This document shows, piece after piece, positions 38,939 to 48,844 of a stretch of 64,000 nt of DNA (positions are counted from its first letter, which is position 1; every line of letters begins with the position of its first letter). The DNA is from Myxococcales bacterium. GTDB lineage: Bacteria; Myxococcota; UBA727; GCA-2721815. The stretch lies in assembly GCA_002721815.1 (NCBI GenBank), contig PBLQ01000061.1, forward strand, positions 108,905-172,904, written 5' to 3'. Under the pieces are notes generated by a model. It was not told where the DNA came from and did not search any database. It worked only from the letters and a program-made list of their open reading frames with translations. Position numbers and translations under genes: made by a program.

Positions 38939-39939
38939 GCGGTTCAGTCCCCCCCAAGCAATTTGTTTTCGAAGTGTCCCCCGAAACGCCCATTGAGCGC
39001 TTGGACGCATTTTTGAGTAAACAAACGGAAGAACTGTCTCGTTCTCGCGTCAAAAGTTTGATCGCCAACGGATGCGTTTCCGTGACACCCGCTTCCCAAA
39101 AAGCCATTAAAGCCAGCATGATGATCGCCTCTGGGCAGACTTGGGTGATAGAGTTGCCCCCTGCACAAGCGAGCGATTTGGTACCCGAAGAACTGCCCTT
39201 GTCGATCCTTTATGAAGACGAGGACATTATAGTTGTCAACAAGGCGGCTCACATGGTGGTGCATCCTGGCGCGGGTCAGCCTCAGGGGACTTTGGCCAAC
39301 GCATTACGTTTTCATTTTCCCGACATCCAAATTGGAGATGCACAGCGCCCGGGTTTGGTGCACCGTTTGGATAAGGAAACATCTGGCGTCATGGTCGTGG
39401 CTCGCAATGCCCATGCCCATCGCGTGTTGTCTGAGGCCTTCGCTCATCGCGAAATCCAAAAAAAATATTTGGCTTTTTGCTACGGCCGTCCAAAATCCGT
39501 TCAGTTTTCCTTACAAACGGGGCATCTCAGACACGATAAGGACCGGCGCCGTTACAACACCCGCCTGCCCCCACCCGAGGCTGATGATGAAATGGTTCGT
39601 TTCGCCCACACGGATTTTCACGTTCAGGGGTTTGCCCATGGTGTCAGCTTGGTGGAAGCCGTCTTACACACCGGTCGGACCCATCAAATTCGGGCCCATT
39701 TGGCGGATCACGGTCACCCCATTCTCATGGACGCCATTTATGGGGGGCTCAAACCAGAAAAACGCATCGGTCAAAGCCCCGTTCGGCAGGCGGCCGTCCG
39801 GTTGGAGCGTCAAGCCCTTCACGCTGCGGTTTTGGGCTTTAAACACCCGAAAAGTGGAGAGAATTGCCGGTTTGAGGCCCCTTGTCCCGAAGATCTTTTG
39901 CCCCTTCAAAAGGCAATTTTGGACGCAAATTCCCTCTAA
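38935..39939 (+). CDS. rluD: 23S rRNA pseudouridine synthase, RluA/RluD family.
   Basis: S4 domain RLDAFLSKQ...SRSRVKSLIANG, catalytic HRLDKETSGVMVVARN, and TGRTHQIRAH. Confidence 0.85.
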   Translation: MSGSVPPKQFVFEVSPETPIERLDAFLSKQTEELSRSRVKSLIANGCVSVTPASQKAIKASMMIASGQTWVIELPPAQASDLVPEELPLSILYEDEDIIVVNKAAHMVVHPGAGQPQGTLANALRFHFPDIQIGDAQRPGLVHRLDKETSGVMVVARNAHAHRVLSEAFAHREIQKKYLAFCYGRPKSVQFSLQTGHLRHDKDRRRYNTRLPPPEADDEMVRFAHTDFHVQGFAHGVSLVEAVLHTGRTHQIRAHLADHGHPILMDAIYGGLKPEKRIGQSPVRQAAVRLERQALHAAVLGFKHPKSGENCRFEAPCPEDLLPLQKAILDANSL

Positions 39940-39982
39940 AGCCGATAGAATGGTTACACTATTGGACCGAGGCAAAAAATCG

Positions 39983-41146
39983 ATGAAAAACGGTAAAGAC
40001 AAAAACCAACCCAAAGTCACGGAGGCGCTGCTCAAGAGCTTGCCGAAAACCGATCTGCACTGCCATTTGGACGGTTCCCTGCGCTTAAAAACCATTCTCG
40101 AACTGGCCCAAAAGCACGCCGTGAAATTGTCCGCGTCCAATGAAGACGATTTGGCAAAAGCCATTCACATGGGTGAAATTTGTACCGACCTTCCAAGTTA
40201 TTTGAAGGCCTTTGATATTACCTGCAGTGTTTTACAGACCGCTGATGCACTGGAGCGGGTGGCTTACGAGTTGGTTGAAGATGCGGCGGCTGAAAATGTT
40301 TGGCATTTGGAAGTACGCTACGCACCGGTGTTGCACACCTTTCGCGGGTTGTCCCTGGCCCGTATTGTTGAATCGGTCCTGTCCGGGCTAAAGGCAGGCG
40401 AGCGAGACTTCGGTGTGAGCACGGGTGTTATCATTTGTGGCATTCGTAACATCGACCCTCAAGAAAGCTTTCGGTTGGCAGAGTTGGCAGCCGCCTATAA
40501 AAACCACGGTGTGGTGGCCTTTGATTTGGCCGGTGGTGAAGCGGGTAACCCAGCCAAAAAACATGCCGCGGCCTTCGACTTGGCTTTAGACAACAACATG
40601 AACAGCACCGTTCATGCCGGCGAAGCGTACGGGCCTGAGAGCATCAAGCAAGCTTTGCATTATTGCGGTGCCCACCGTATTGGTCACGGAACCCGTTTGG
40701 CTGAAGATGGTGACCTGCTCAATTACGTATTGGATCAACGCATCCCGCTGGAAGTCTGCTTGTCCAGTAATTTACAGACCAGCGTCGTCCCCGAACTCAA
40801 ATTGCATCCCTTGCGTTTGTTTTATGATTTGGGGGTTCGGGTTTCTTTAAACACCGACAATCGCCTGATCACCGATACCACCGTGACCAAAGAGCTCATG
40901 TTGGCCCACCAGCATTTGCGTTTTACTCTTGAAGAATTAAAGATTTTATTGGTGCAAGGATTCAAAAGTGCGTTTCTCCCTTATAAGTCGAAACGTGCCC
41001 TTTTGGTGCGCGTCAACGATCGCATTGAAGAGTTAACGGGAAGCTTGCCCCAAGGCGCCATTCTAAGTGAAGGCGTACAGACGGATGACTTACCGGATGC
41101 GTTAAAACCGGATGCGTTCGCGCACATTGAAACCGATCGCGTTTAA
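39983..41146 (+). CDS. add: Adenosine deaminase.
   Basis: LPKTDLHCHLDGS, VHAGE and SLNTDN metal/catalytic motifs. The upstream 250 aa of the tabulated ORF overlap rluD and were rejected. ATG at 39950 is an alternative. Confidence 0.8.
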   Translation: MKNGKDKNQPKVTEALLKSLPKTDLHCHLDGSLRLKTILELAQKHAVKLSASNEDDLAKAIHMGEICTDLPSYLKAFDITCSVLQTADALERVAYELVEDAAAENVWHLEVRYAPVLHTFRGLSLARIVESVLSGLKAGERDFGVSTGVIICGIRNIDPQESFRLAELAAAYKNHGVVAFDLAGGEAGNPAKKHAAAFDLALDNNMNSTVHAGEAYGPESIKQALHYCGAHRIGHGTRLAEDGDLLNYVLDQRIPLEVCLSSNLQTSVVPELKLHPLRLFYDLGVRVSLNTDNRLITDTTVTKELMLAHQHLRFTLEELKILLVQGFKSAFLPYKSKRALLVRVNDRIEELTGSLPQGAILSEGVQTDDLPDALKPDAFAHIETDRV

Positions 41147-41751
41147 GGCGTCGTTCCCGCATCCAGTTTTTTTTGATTTGCCTCTAACATTTTGACGGCC
41201 ACCACTGCTTGTTCCACCCGAGCAATTTCGGTGAGCGCTTTTTGATATTTGGGCATGAGCGCTTTCATTTGTTGTTTGCGCTTCACATAATTTTGAAAGG
41301 CGCCAGATTCATAAGCTGTTTGAGGAAAAGGTTCCGGGAAATCTTCTTGCATGCGCTTCCAAGTTTCATCGATGGCTTGCGCTTGTTGAACACGAACTTG
41401 GCTGCGGCTGCCCTCTTTTTGGGCGCGTTCCCGGGAGCGACTTTGAATGAGTATCAACAGGGTTTGAAGCTGAGCGGGGGGCATGGTGTTTTGGAAATGT
41501 TGAAAACGGGCCAGGGTATTTCGATGCTCAGCTTTGGTTTTTTGAGCCAGCTGGTGCGTGGTTTGCATTTGAGCCAAGGCCGAATCCAAGAGCTGAGCCC
41601 GTTCTTTGAGGTGACTTTGCCAGTTTTTCGAGGTTTGAACCGCTGCGGTAGGGACCCGGTCGGAGGACGCATCCTTGGGACAAGCGCTCGTACACGCCAC
41701 GACCACTGCCAGTGAGGCTCCTATTTGGGCCCAAGAACGGTAAAAATGCAT
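41143..41751 (-). CDS. Hypothetical lipoprotein (helical, Gln-rich).
   Basis: Internal start MHFYRSWAQIGASLAVVVAC, with lipobox VVAC. Confidence 0.45.
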   Translation of the reverse strand: MHFYRSWAQIGASLAVVVACTSACPKDASSDRVPTAAVQTSKNWQSHLKERAQLLDSALAQMQTTHQLAQKTKAEHRNTLARFQHFQNTMPPAQLQTLLILIQSRSRERAQKEGSRSQVRVQQAQAIDETWKRMQEDFPEPFPQTAYESGAFQNYVKRKQQMKALMPKYQKALTEIARVEQAVVAVKMLEANQKKLDAGTTP

Positions 41752-41873
41752 GAAAAACGCACTTTTAGAGCGAACAGGCCTTGCTTCCTTGGATTCTTTG
41801 GTGTTTTGATAGCCGAGCAAATCTTCCCTCGCCATAGGCGTTCATAAAGCTTCATACCCGAAGGAGCCAGCCG

Positions 41874-43703
41874 GTGTCAGCCTTTCTGCTCAAAAACCCA
41901 CGAAGTCACAATTGTAACCAACTCACCAAGGACAATCTCAACGAAGAAGTGGTCCTGATGGGCTGGGTGAACAGCTTGCGCGATCATGGCGGCCGACGCT
42001 TTGTTGATCTTCGCGATCGATACGGCTTAACGCAAATCGTATTTAAGCCCGAAACCGACGAAGCTTTGCATCAGTTGGGCCATGCCATGCGAAATGAGTG
42101 GTGCATCGGCATTCGCGGTGTGGTGGAAGATCGTGTGGCCAATGGTGGGGCACCCAACACCCGTCTGACCACAGGCGAAATCGAAGTGAACGTGTTAGAG
42201 GTGGAAGTGTTTAATGCCGCGGAAACACCGCCCTTCATGGTTGAAGATAATGTGGACACCCATGAAGAAAAGCGGTTGCAACATCGAACCATCGATCTGC
42301 GGCGTGCACCCATGCAGCGTAATTTCATCATGCGTCACAAAGTGGCCCAGGCGGCTCGACGCGCATTAGATGACGACGGGTTCTTAGAAATCGAAACGCC
42401 CATGCTGGTGAAATACACGCCAGGTGGGGCGCGTAACTTTATTGTGCCTTCGCGTTTACACCCAGGCAGCTTTTACGCCTTGGCTGAGAGCCCCCAGTTG
42501 TACAAACAAATGTTGATGATGTCGGGTTTCGATCGTTATTTCCAAGTGGTGAAATGCTTTCGTGATGAAGATTTACGCGGCGACCGTCAACCTGAGTTTT
42601 CTCAAATCGATTTGGAAATGAGCTTTGCTTCGGAACGTACGGTCCAAGAGGTGATCGAGCGGTTGGTTACTCGAATTTTTAAAGACGTACTCGATCATGA
42701 CTTGCCTCAAGTCTTTCCGAGCATGACTTACCATGAGGCCATGACCCGTTTTGGTTCGGATAAACCAGACACGCGATTCGGCTTAGAGTTGAAAGATCTG
42801 ACGGCTTGCCTCAAAGACATTGGGGGCGGCGGTGTTCCTCTGTTCGCTCAAACCATCGACCGGGGTGACATTATCAAATCCATGGTGGTGCCCAAAGCAA
42901 ACCCCATGTCACGCAGTGAAGTAGACAAGCTAGAGGGCTTGGTGAAGTCTTTAGGTGGTTTTGGTTTGGGACGGGCGAAAGTCGGGGAGGATGGCGCTTC
43001 TTGGACCCAATCACCGTTCTCCAAACACGTGACGCCGGAAGGCATTCAAGCCATTCATGAGGCCACGGGTGCACAGCCAGGCGATTTAATTTTGTTTCAA
43101 ATGGGTAAGGCCAAATTAGTGAACACCGTGTTCAATGGACTGCGACTCAAACTCGGCGCTCAGTTCGGTCTCATTCCTGAGAGTGGCCCCGATGCTTGGC
43201 ACGTGATGTGGGTCACTGACTTCCCGTTGTTTGAGCATGACGAAGAGAGCAATACTTTTGCTGCCGCGCACCATCCGTTCACATCCCCCCAAATGGGCCA
43301 TGAAGACAAGTTAAAAACCGACCCCGGTGCCTGTCTCAGTCGTGCCTATGATTTGGTGATTAACGGAAACGAAATTGGTGGGGGCTCCGTCCGGATTCAC
43401 GATCAAGAAGTTCAAGCCAAAGTATTTGATGCCATGGGCATCGGTGAAGAAGAGAAACAGGCCAAATTTGGTTTTCTCCTGGACGCGCTCAAATATGGTG
43501 CGCCACCTCATGCGGGCGTGGCGTTGGGCTTGGACAGGCTCTGTATGCTCTTGTCGGGGACTCAATCCATTCGAGATGTGATCGCATTTCCCAAAACACA
43601 GCGCGGACAAGACGCGGTGACTGGTGCGCCCACGCCTGTGGATCTACAGCAGTTGAATGAGGTTTATATCGCTTCTACCGCTCCTGACGATGAAGACGAT
43701 TAA
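41874..43703 (+). CDS. aspS: Aspartyl-tRNA synthetase.
   Basis: RSHNCNQL N-terminus, class II motifs FRDEDLRGDRQPEF (motif 1/2 region) and GGGSVRIHD...G(L)DRL (motif 3), plus the GAD insertion. Confidence 0.95.
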   Translation: MSAFLLKNPRSHNCNQLTKDNLNEEVVLMGWVNSLRDHGGRRFVDLRDRYGLTQIVFKPETDEALHQLGHAMRNEWCIGIRGVVEDRVANGGAPNTRLTTGEIEVNVLEVEVFNAAETPPFMVEDNVDTHEEKRLQHRTIDLRRAPMQRNFIMRHKVAQAARRALDDDGFLEIETPMLVKYTPGGARNFIVPSRLHPGSFYALAESPQLYKQMLMMSGFDRYFQVVKCFRDEDLRGDRQPEFSQIDLEMSFASERTVQEVIERLVTRIFKDVLDHDLPQVFPSMTYHEAMTRFGSDKPDTRFGLELKDLTACLKDIGGGGVPLFAQTIDRGDIIKSMVVPKANPMSRSEVDKLEGLVKSLGGFGLGRAKVGEDGASWTQSPFSKHVTPEGIQAIHEATGAQPGDLILFQMGKAKLVNTVFNGLRLKLGAQFGLIPESGPDAWHVMWVTDFPLFEHDEESNTFAAAHHPFTSPQMGHEDKLKTDPGACLSRAYDLVINGNEIGGGSVRIHDQEVQAKVFDAMGIGEEEKQAKFGFLLDALKYGAPPHAGVALGLDRLCMLLSGTQSIRDVIAFPKTQRGQDAVTGAPTPVDLQQLNEVYIASTAPDDEDD

Positions 43704-46435
43704 GAATTTTCGGTCATAAATTTGAGCCAGAGCAGGGTCCCATCCTGGTCGGTTTGCAGTGACGCTGGATGGCGAAGTTCAATGCGCAATGAAACGCGGT
43801 GCCGGCCATCTTCCTCCACATGGGGCAAGAGCCGCACCACGCTGGCATCAATATCCGAGGCGTCCAAAATACGTCTCACTTTCAGATTGCCTGCGCGTGT
43901 GTCTAAGAGTTCGACAATATAGGTTGTCGGACTTTCTTGTTTGACCGAATACTTTGCGCCCCCGCTGATTTGAACCCCAACGCTACTGCTTGCGTCTTTG
44001 TTTTTTACCACCATGAGACGGTTGAGCACGTTACGGCCCGGTTCATCATTTTTTGGGTTTGACAGCCCACCAAAGCGCCGCGTTGCTTTCTTTTCCACTG
44101 GAACCTGCCAGTATTGGTTTTTGAAATGTAGGATTTGTGCAGTGAGACGATCTTCATTGGGTGTGGGCTTCATTTGAGTCTCAGGGGTGTCAGCCCTATT
44201 GTCGCGGCGGGATAATTTGAGTTCTTCTTGTTTTTGATTTCGCAATTCGAAGATCTCTTTTTGCAAGTGATGTTTTTCCTGGGCCATTGTTTTCATCTGT
44301 TTTTGGACCTCTTCGAAGTGCTGGACTTGCGCCAATCGTTTTTTCTCATTCGCTTTTTCGAGGTCTTGGGTCTGTTGGAGCGATGTCCGAATGGCTGCTT
44401 CTTGGGTTTTTAAATCATTAAGAATCTTGGTCTTGGCTTTTTCTTGCGCCGCCCTTTGCTGGAGCAGTTCATCCATCTTCTTTTTTTGTTGGGATAAAGC
44501 CATGAGACGGGCTTCTTGTTCTGCTTGAAGGGACGATTTCTCTGCCAATGTTTGACTCAGTTCCGTTTCCTGCTTTTGTAGGTTTTGAAGCTGTTTCTTT
44601 TGCTGCTCTTGCTCAGCGCTGATGAGTTGGATTTCTTTTTCCATCTTTGCTTTCAGGCCCGCCAGGTGCTTCAGCTCTGTTTGGTGATTGCTTTGAATCT
44701 TTTGGTGTTGGGTTAACAAGCGGTCCTGATCGGTTTGGGCGATTTGTTGGTGTTCAATATAAGCCTGTCGCTTCGCTGCCAATTGTTGTTCAAGCGTCAC
44801 ACGCTCGGTCTTTAACCGACGCAATATTTGCTCTTCTTTTCGCATCAAGCGTCGCTTTTGCTGAAGTTTTTCTTGTTGTTCTTCTTCTGTTTCAGCGAGG
44901 AGGATTGCCTTTTCGTTTTGGGCCAACTGCAGTTCTGTTTGCAGCTTGAGCCTTTGGGCTTGAAGGAGGTTGACCGCGTGGGTCTCCTGTCGCAACAGTT
45001 GCTCCTTTTCTTCGATAATAAGTTCTTTCTCTTCTTTCGATTTCTTCAGAAAAGCTTTGTGTTGTGACTGGTATTGCTGGATTTCAGTCTTCAGTTTTTT
45101 TCGGGCCGTTCGCAATGTCTCTATTTCACTACGTTTTTGCTTGAGTTCCGCTTCTTTTTCGAGGAGTGCTGCTTGTCTTTCCAATCTGAGTGCTTCTCGC
45201 TCTTTTTGACCTCTGGCCAAAGCTTGTAAGAGCTCTTTGTGAGCGAGTGATTGGTTGTGCAGTTCCTGTTGCAGTCGCGTTTTTTCATCTACGAGAAATT
45301 CGAGTTCTTTTTGTTCCTTTTCTATATTGACCAAATTTTGTTGTCGCTTTTTGGCGGCTTGGGTGAGGGCCCGCAGACTGACTTCTTCATTCTTTTTTCG
45401 CTTCACCAAGGCGTTGATTTCATTTTGGAGCTTTTGCTTACGGTCTTTTTCATTGGCCCATTCATTGTCCATTCGCGTGTTGAGGGTTTGGGTTTGGATT
45501 TGGATGGTGGCGAGCGTTTCTTGTGCTTCTTGGAGTTCCCCTCTCAACTCAAAGAGCTGGTGAGAGGCGGTGTCACTCTTTTGCGTTAATTTTTCCAGTT
45601 CTGCTGATTTGCGTTCGTACATGCCTTCCAAGAGCTTGATGTCTTGCAGGCGTGCCTGACGCTCCGCTTGGTTTTTGGTCACTTCTCGTTGCTGAGTGTT
45701 TCTGGTTTGTCGTGTTTCTTGTAACAGGGTCAGCATTTCTTCCCGTTTTTCTTGGGTGGCTTGGAGCATGTCTCTGTGTCGTTGGTCTTGCTGCAAAACC
45801 TTCTCGTGCAACTGGGCCAACAGTTTTTCTTTGTTGGCTTGTTCCTGGAGCAGTTGTTTTTGGTGGGTTTCCAGGATTTTCGCGGTCCGGTTGACTTCTT
45901 TTTTGAGTCGTTGGAGTTCTTTTTGGGTTTTGGCCTGTTCCTGTTTGATGAGGCTTTGTTCGGCTCGAGCGGCTTTTTCCAGTTGGGTGCGGGCTTGAAA
46001 ACGCTTTTTCTTCAGGGTGATGAGGGCCTTTTTTTCTCCTAAGTAGTTGAATTCAAAAGCAATACCCCTTTTTTGGCCTTTGATTGCGTATTCCACCGGG
46101 CCATTGAAGATCAGCAGGGCGCGGGGGTTTTGAATGTGGCGCCCCTGCCGTTGCTCGAAAATGATGTCGTGCAATAAGAGCCCGTCGGGGATTTTCGGGG
46201 TGGGCAAGTCGGAAATGTTCACCCCGGGCAGATCAATGGCATAGCGATTGTCTTCTCCCAGACTGTAGATTTGAAAGCCGGGCAACTTATTGCCCTGAAT
46301 GCGAAAGACCGCTTTTTCGTGTCCGTCCAAATGAATGGAGACTTTTTCAATTTTGGATGGTGTGGCCCAGACCGTTTGCCCGGCGCAAACGGTGACCAAA
46401 AACAAAAACAAAGAAAGGCGGGTTAGGTGTTGCAT
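43700..46435 (-). CDS. Periplasmic giant coiled-coil protein: signal peptide, N-terminal AMIN-like domain, ~600-aa Q/E/K-rich coiled coil, C-terminal AMIN-like domain.
   Basis: MQHLTRLSLFLFLVTVCAGQTVWA signal. KVSIHLDGHEKAVFRIQGNKLPGFQIYSLGEDNRYAIDLPGVNI matches the AmiC/PilQ AMIN pattern (...RLVIDLPG...). Continuous heptad-like EQ/KL-rich sequence follows. Confidence 0.55.
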   Translation of the reverse strand: MQHLTRLSLFLFLVTVCAGQTVWATPSKIEKVSIHLDGHEKAVFRIQGNKLPGFQIYSLGEDNRYAIDLPGVNISDLPTPKIPDGLLLHDIIFEQRQGRHIQNPRALLIFNGPVEYAIKGQKRGIAFEFNYLGEKKALITLKKKRFQARTQLEKAARAEQSLIKQEQAKTQKELQRLKKEVNRTAKILETHQKQLLQEQANKEKLLAQLHEKVLQQDQRHRDMLQATQEKREEMLTLLQETRQTRNTQQREVTKNQAERQARLQDIKLLEGMYERKSAELEKLTQKSDTASHQLFELRGELQEAQETLATIQIQTQTLNTRMDNEWANEKDRKQKLQNEINALVKRKKNEEVSLRALTQAAKKRQQNLVNIEKEQKELEFLVDEKTRLQQELHNQSLAHKELLQALARGQKEREALRLERQAALLEKEAELKQKRSEIETLRTARKKLKTEIQQYQSQHKAFLKKSKEEKELIIEEKEQLLRQETHAVNLLQAQRLKLQTELQLAQNEKAILLAETEEEQQEKLQQKRRLMRKEEQILRRLKTERVTLEQQLAAKRQAYIEHQQIAQTDQDRLLTQHQKIQSNHQTELKHLAGLKAKMEKEIQLISAEQEQQKKQLQNLQKQETELSQTLAEKSSLQAEQEARLMALSQQKKKMDELLQQRAAQEKAKTKILNDLKTQEAAIRTSLQQTQDLEKANEKKRLAQVQHFEEVQKQMKTMAQEKHHLQKEIFELRNQKQEELKLSRRDNRADTPETQMKPTPNEDRLTAQILHFKNQYWQVPVEKKATRRFGGLSNPKNDEPGRNVLNRLMVVKNKDASSSVGVQISGGAKYSVKQESPTTYIVELLDTRAGNLKVRRILDASDIDASVVRLLPHVEEDGRHRVSLRIELRHPASLQTDQDGTLLWLKFMTENS

Positions 46436-47028
46436 GCGTCCCTCGTGTTTGAACAAGTTCTCGACATTAACAACCCGATCCTGATCGTCAACTTTATGAA
46501 CGTTTTTAAAGGGTTCGCAGCGTCGAGACTTGTAGTTTTTTCAGGGCCGAAGAAAAAGAGCGAGACCGCGTTTGAGAAAGTGTTGCGAGTTGATTGGAGT
46601 GGGAGGCGGCGCTCGCTCCAAGGGCATTCTTGCAGCACCACTTGAGGTTGCCCCTTTAAGTCCTTGAAAATGATCCAATTTTAAAATTTCGAGGGCTGGG
46701 TTTTGTGAGGCAAACCCCTGCTGCGGGCGCCGGGTCATCCAGTGGAAAAAAGGTGGGATAAACGCCTACTGTTTGCAAAGGTGGATGGCTCAGGCTGATG
46801 GAGTGGCTCTAATAGAGCCAAGGTGGAATGGCCGTGGTGGGATGTGCGTCAGAAGCCCAAAGCGGCTTTAATGAGTGTTTGAGGGCAAAAAAAGCGGTTT
46901 GGCACCCAATTTTTGCAAAAACCCATGGAAAACGAGGGGCATAATAGGTAGGTTTCACCGGATTTTGATTCAGGCTCGAGACCCCATCTGAGGGGATCAA
47001 GGCCCATTCGCTTATAAGGAGACAGATA

Positions 47029-47685
47029 ATGTCAGCAACCATGATTCAGCAGCCCGCCCCGAACTTTAAAGCCGAAGCCGTTTTGGCCAATGGTGAGTTC
47101 GGTGAAATCTCCCTCTCTGATTACAAAGACAACAAGTACGTGGTCTTGTTTTTCTATCCTTTGGATTTCACTTTTGTGTGCCCATCCGAGTTGATTGCGT
47201 TCTCCAACCGCATCGAAGAATTCGAGAGCCGTGGCGTACAAGTGATCGGTTGTTCCGTGGACTCCAAGTTCTCTCACTGGGCATGGCGTAACACTGCGGT
47301 GGACAATGGCGGTATCGGTGAGGTGAAATACCCATTGATTTCCGATATTAACAAAAGCATCGCTCGTGATTATGGTGTTTTGTTGGGTACCAAAGAAGCC
47401 GTTGTAGCCACCGAAAATGGCGAAATGGACACCACCATCGAAGGTGATGTGGCACTCCGCGGTACTTTCTTGATCGACAAAGAAGGCGTGGTTCGTCATG
47501 CCAACCTCAATGACTTGCCATTGGGCCGAAATGTAGACGAAGTGCTTCGTTTGGTAGATGCGCTTCAGTTCACTGAAGAGCACGGCGAAGTTTGTCCTGC
47601 CGGCTGGAACAAAGGCGCTCAAGGCATGAAGCCAAATGCCGACGGTGTGGCTTCCTACTTGGCAGAGAACGCATCCAACCTCTAA
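47029..47685 (+). CDS. ahpC: 2-Cys peroxiredoxin (AhpC/Prx1 type).
   Basis: Peroxidatic FTFVCPSEL and resolving EVCPAGW motifs. AAGGAG RBS. Confidence 0.95.
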   Translation: MSATMIQQPAPNFKAEAVLANGEFGEISLSDYKDNKYVVLFFYPLDFTFVCPSELIAFSNRIEEFESRGVQVIGCSVDSKFSHWAWRNTAVDNGGIGEVKYPLISDINKSIARDYGVLLGTKEAVVATENGEMDTTIEGDVALRGTFLIDKEGVVRHANLNDLPLGRNVDEVLRLVDALQFTEEHGEVCPAGWNKGAQGMKPNADGVASYLAENASNL

Positions 47686-47708
47686 GGTTGTGATGTTGCC
47701 CCAAAAAG

Positions 47709-47738
47709 AACCGGTCTCTAAGGCCGGTTTTTTTTTAC
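47709..47738 (+). terminator. Rho-independent terminator after ahpC; may act bidirectionally for the convergent deacetylase gene.
   Basis: AACCGG-TCTCTAAGG-CCGGTT hairpin followed by T9; an A-run lies on the other side. Confidence 0.6.
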
Positions 47739-48844
47739 CCTGAGATGTAATCGCCGCGAGCGGACTCTGAACCCGTGAGTACCAGTAGTGTTTCGTCCAA
47801 GGCAGAGGAAAGGCCTTGGAGCTCATAGGCTTCGAGAATCGGAGACTTTTTGGACAGCAACAGTCGGGGTAAGGCGTAAATATGGTCTCCAGGACGTGCG
47901 ACGCCTTCATCTGCATGCATGGCCCCCAAAAAACCAACTTCCATGGCTCTTTGAAGCAGTTCTGGCGCCAGTTGCTTTTGGTGGCCAAAAGGAAAACTTA
48001 AAACATCCACGTAACTTTTGCCGCAGGCGTCCCGTAAAATTTGTCGACATTGATGCAGTTCGTTGATGAGACGGTCGGGGGCCAAAGAGAGCAGCGGGGC
48101 ATGGGTGTGACCATGAGCACCAAAGGTCAGCAATGGGTGGTCGGCCAGTTCGCGAAGAGATTGAAGGTCCACGTGTTGATCGATCATGCTTGGTCTCGGA
48201 CCCTCAGGTGCAAGCTCCCTGAGAGTGGCCATGCGTTGCTCTCTCTTCTCATCGCTCAGATTGATGAGATGTTTAAGCAGATCCAAACCGGTTTGATACG
48301 CCTCTTCGGCTGGATATGTGGCCAGCTGGCGATCCATCCAAGGGAGGCTGAGATGGGCAGGGCTGATGGTGGCCAATAACCCGTGCACCTCTTCGTCCCA
48401 CATGAGCGTTTGGTCTTGTTCGAGGTGAGCGGAACAGAGGAAAAAAGTTGCGGGTACATTCAATTTTTCTAGAATGGGCAACGCTGCATCCAGTGACGAA
48501 CGGTACCCTTCATCAAAAGTTAATACCGCGTAGCTGCGATCCAGAACCTTACCCGCACGAAGCATCGCCATGGCTTCGCCCAGATAAAGAATGGGCATGT
48601 GTTTGCAGACCTCTTGAAGTAAACGCTCCAGTTGGTTCGGAAAGAGCGCTCCGGGATTGTGCGCCTCTCGGTGGTGCTCTCCAAAAGCATTTTGAGGCAA
48701 AACTCGCCGACAGCGCAAAATGACGATGGATGGTCCACGAAGCTTTTCCGATACATTGTGTAATAGTTTACGGGTGAGAGTGTATTTCAGCACCTTCTTG
48801 AGGGAATTCTGGGTTTTTTGTTTAAGCCATTTCCGCGGAATCAT
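47735..48844 (-). CDS. Polysaccharide deacetylase (NodB-homology, CE4) family protein.
   Basis: VLTFDEGY (DD/E-G motif), and FFL...H / HGHTHAP His-rich motifs of CE4 enzymes. Confidence 0.6.
   Translation of the reverse strand: MIPRKWLKQKTQNSLKKVLKYTLTRKLLHNVSEKLRGPSIVILRCRRVLPQNAFGEHHREAHNPGALFPNQLERLLQEVCKHMPILYLGEAMAMLRAGKVLDRSYAVLTFDEGYRSSLDAALPILEKLNVPATFFLCSAHLEQDQTLMWDEEVHGLLATISPAHLSLPWMDRQLATYPAEEAYQTGLDLLKHLINLSDEKREQRMATLRELAPEGPRPSMIDQHVDLQSLRELADHPLLTFGAHGHTHAPLLSLAPDRLINELHQCRQILRDACGKSYVDVLSFPFGHQKQLAPELLQRAMEVGFLGAMHADEGVARPGDHIYALPRLLLSKKSPILEAYELQGLSSALDETLLVLTGSESARGDYISG

Noticed and set aside
39233-39982. N-terminal 250 aa of the 637-aa ORF containing adenosine deaminase
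   Set aside because: This part overlaps rluD in another frame. The ADA homology begins at LPKTDLHCHLDGS, and an RBS-preceded ATG at 39983 gives a normal-length Add.
44200-46000. Highly repetitive Q/E/K/L-rich sequence as a possible repeat or mobile element
   Set aside because: It is coding low-complexity sequence (a coiled coil) in a single long ORF; there are no direct DNA repeats with spacers, so it is not CRISPR or IS.
46900-46917. Sigma-54 promoter-like TGGCAC ... TTGC upstream of ahpC
   Set aside because: The spacing between the GG and GC elements is 2 nt too long for a functional -24/-12 promoter.
47032-47988. 318-aa minus-strand ORF
   Set aside because: It is antisense to the unambiguous peroxiredoxin gene.
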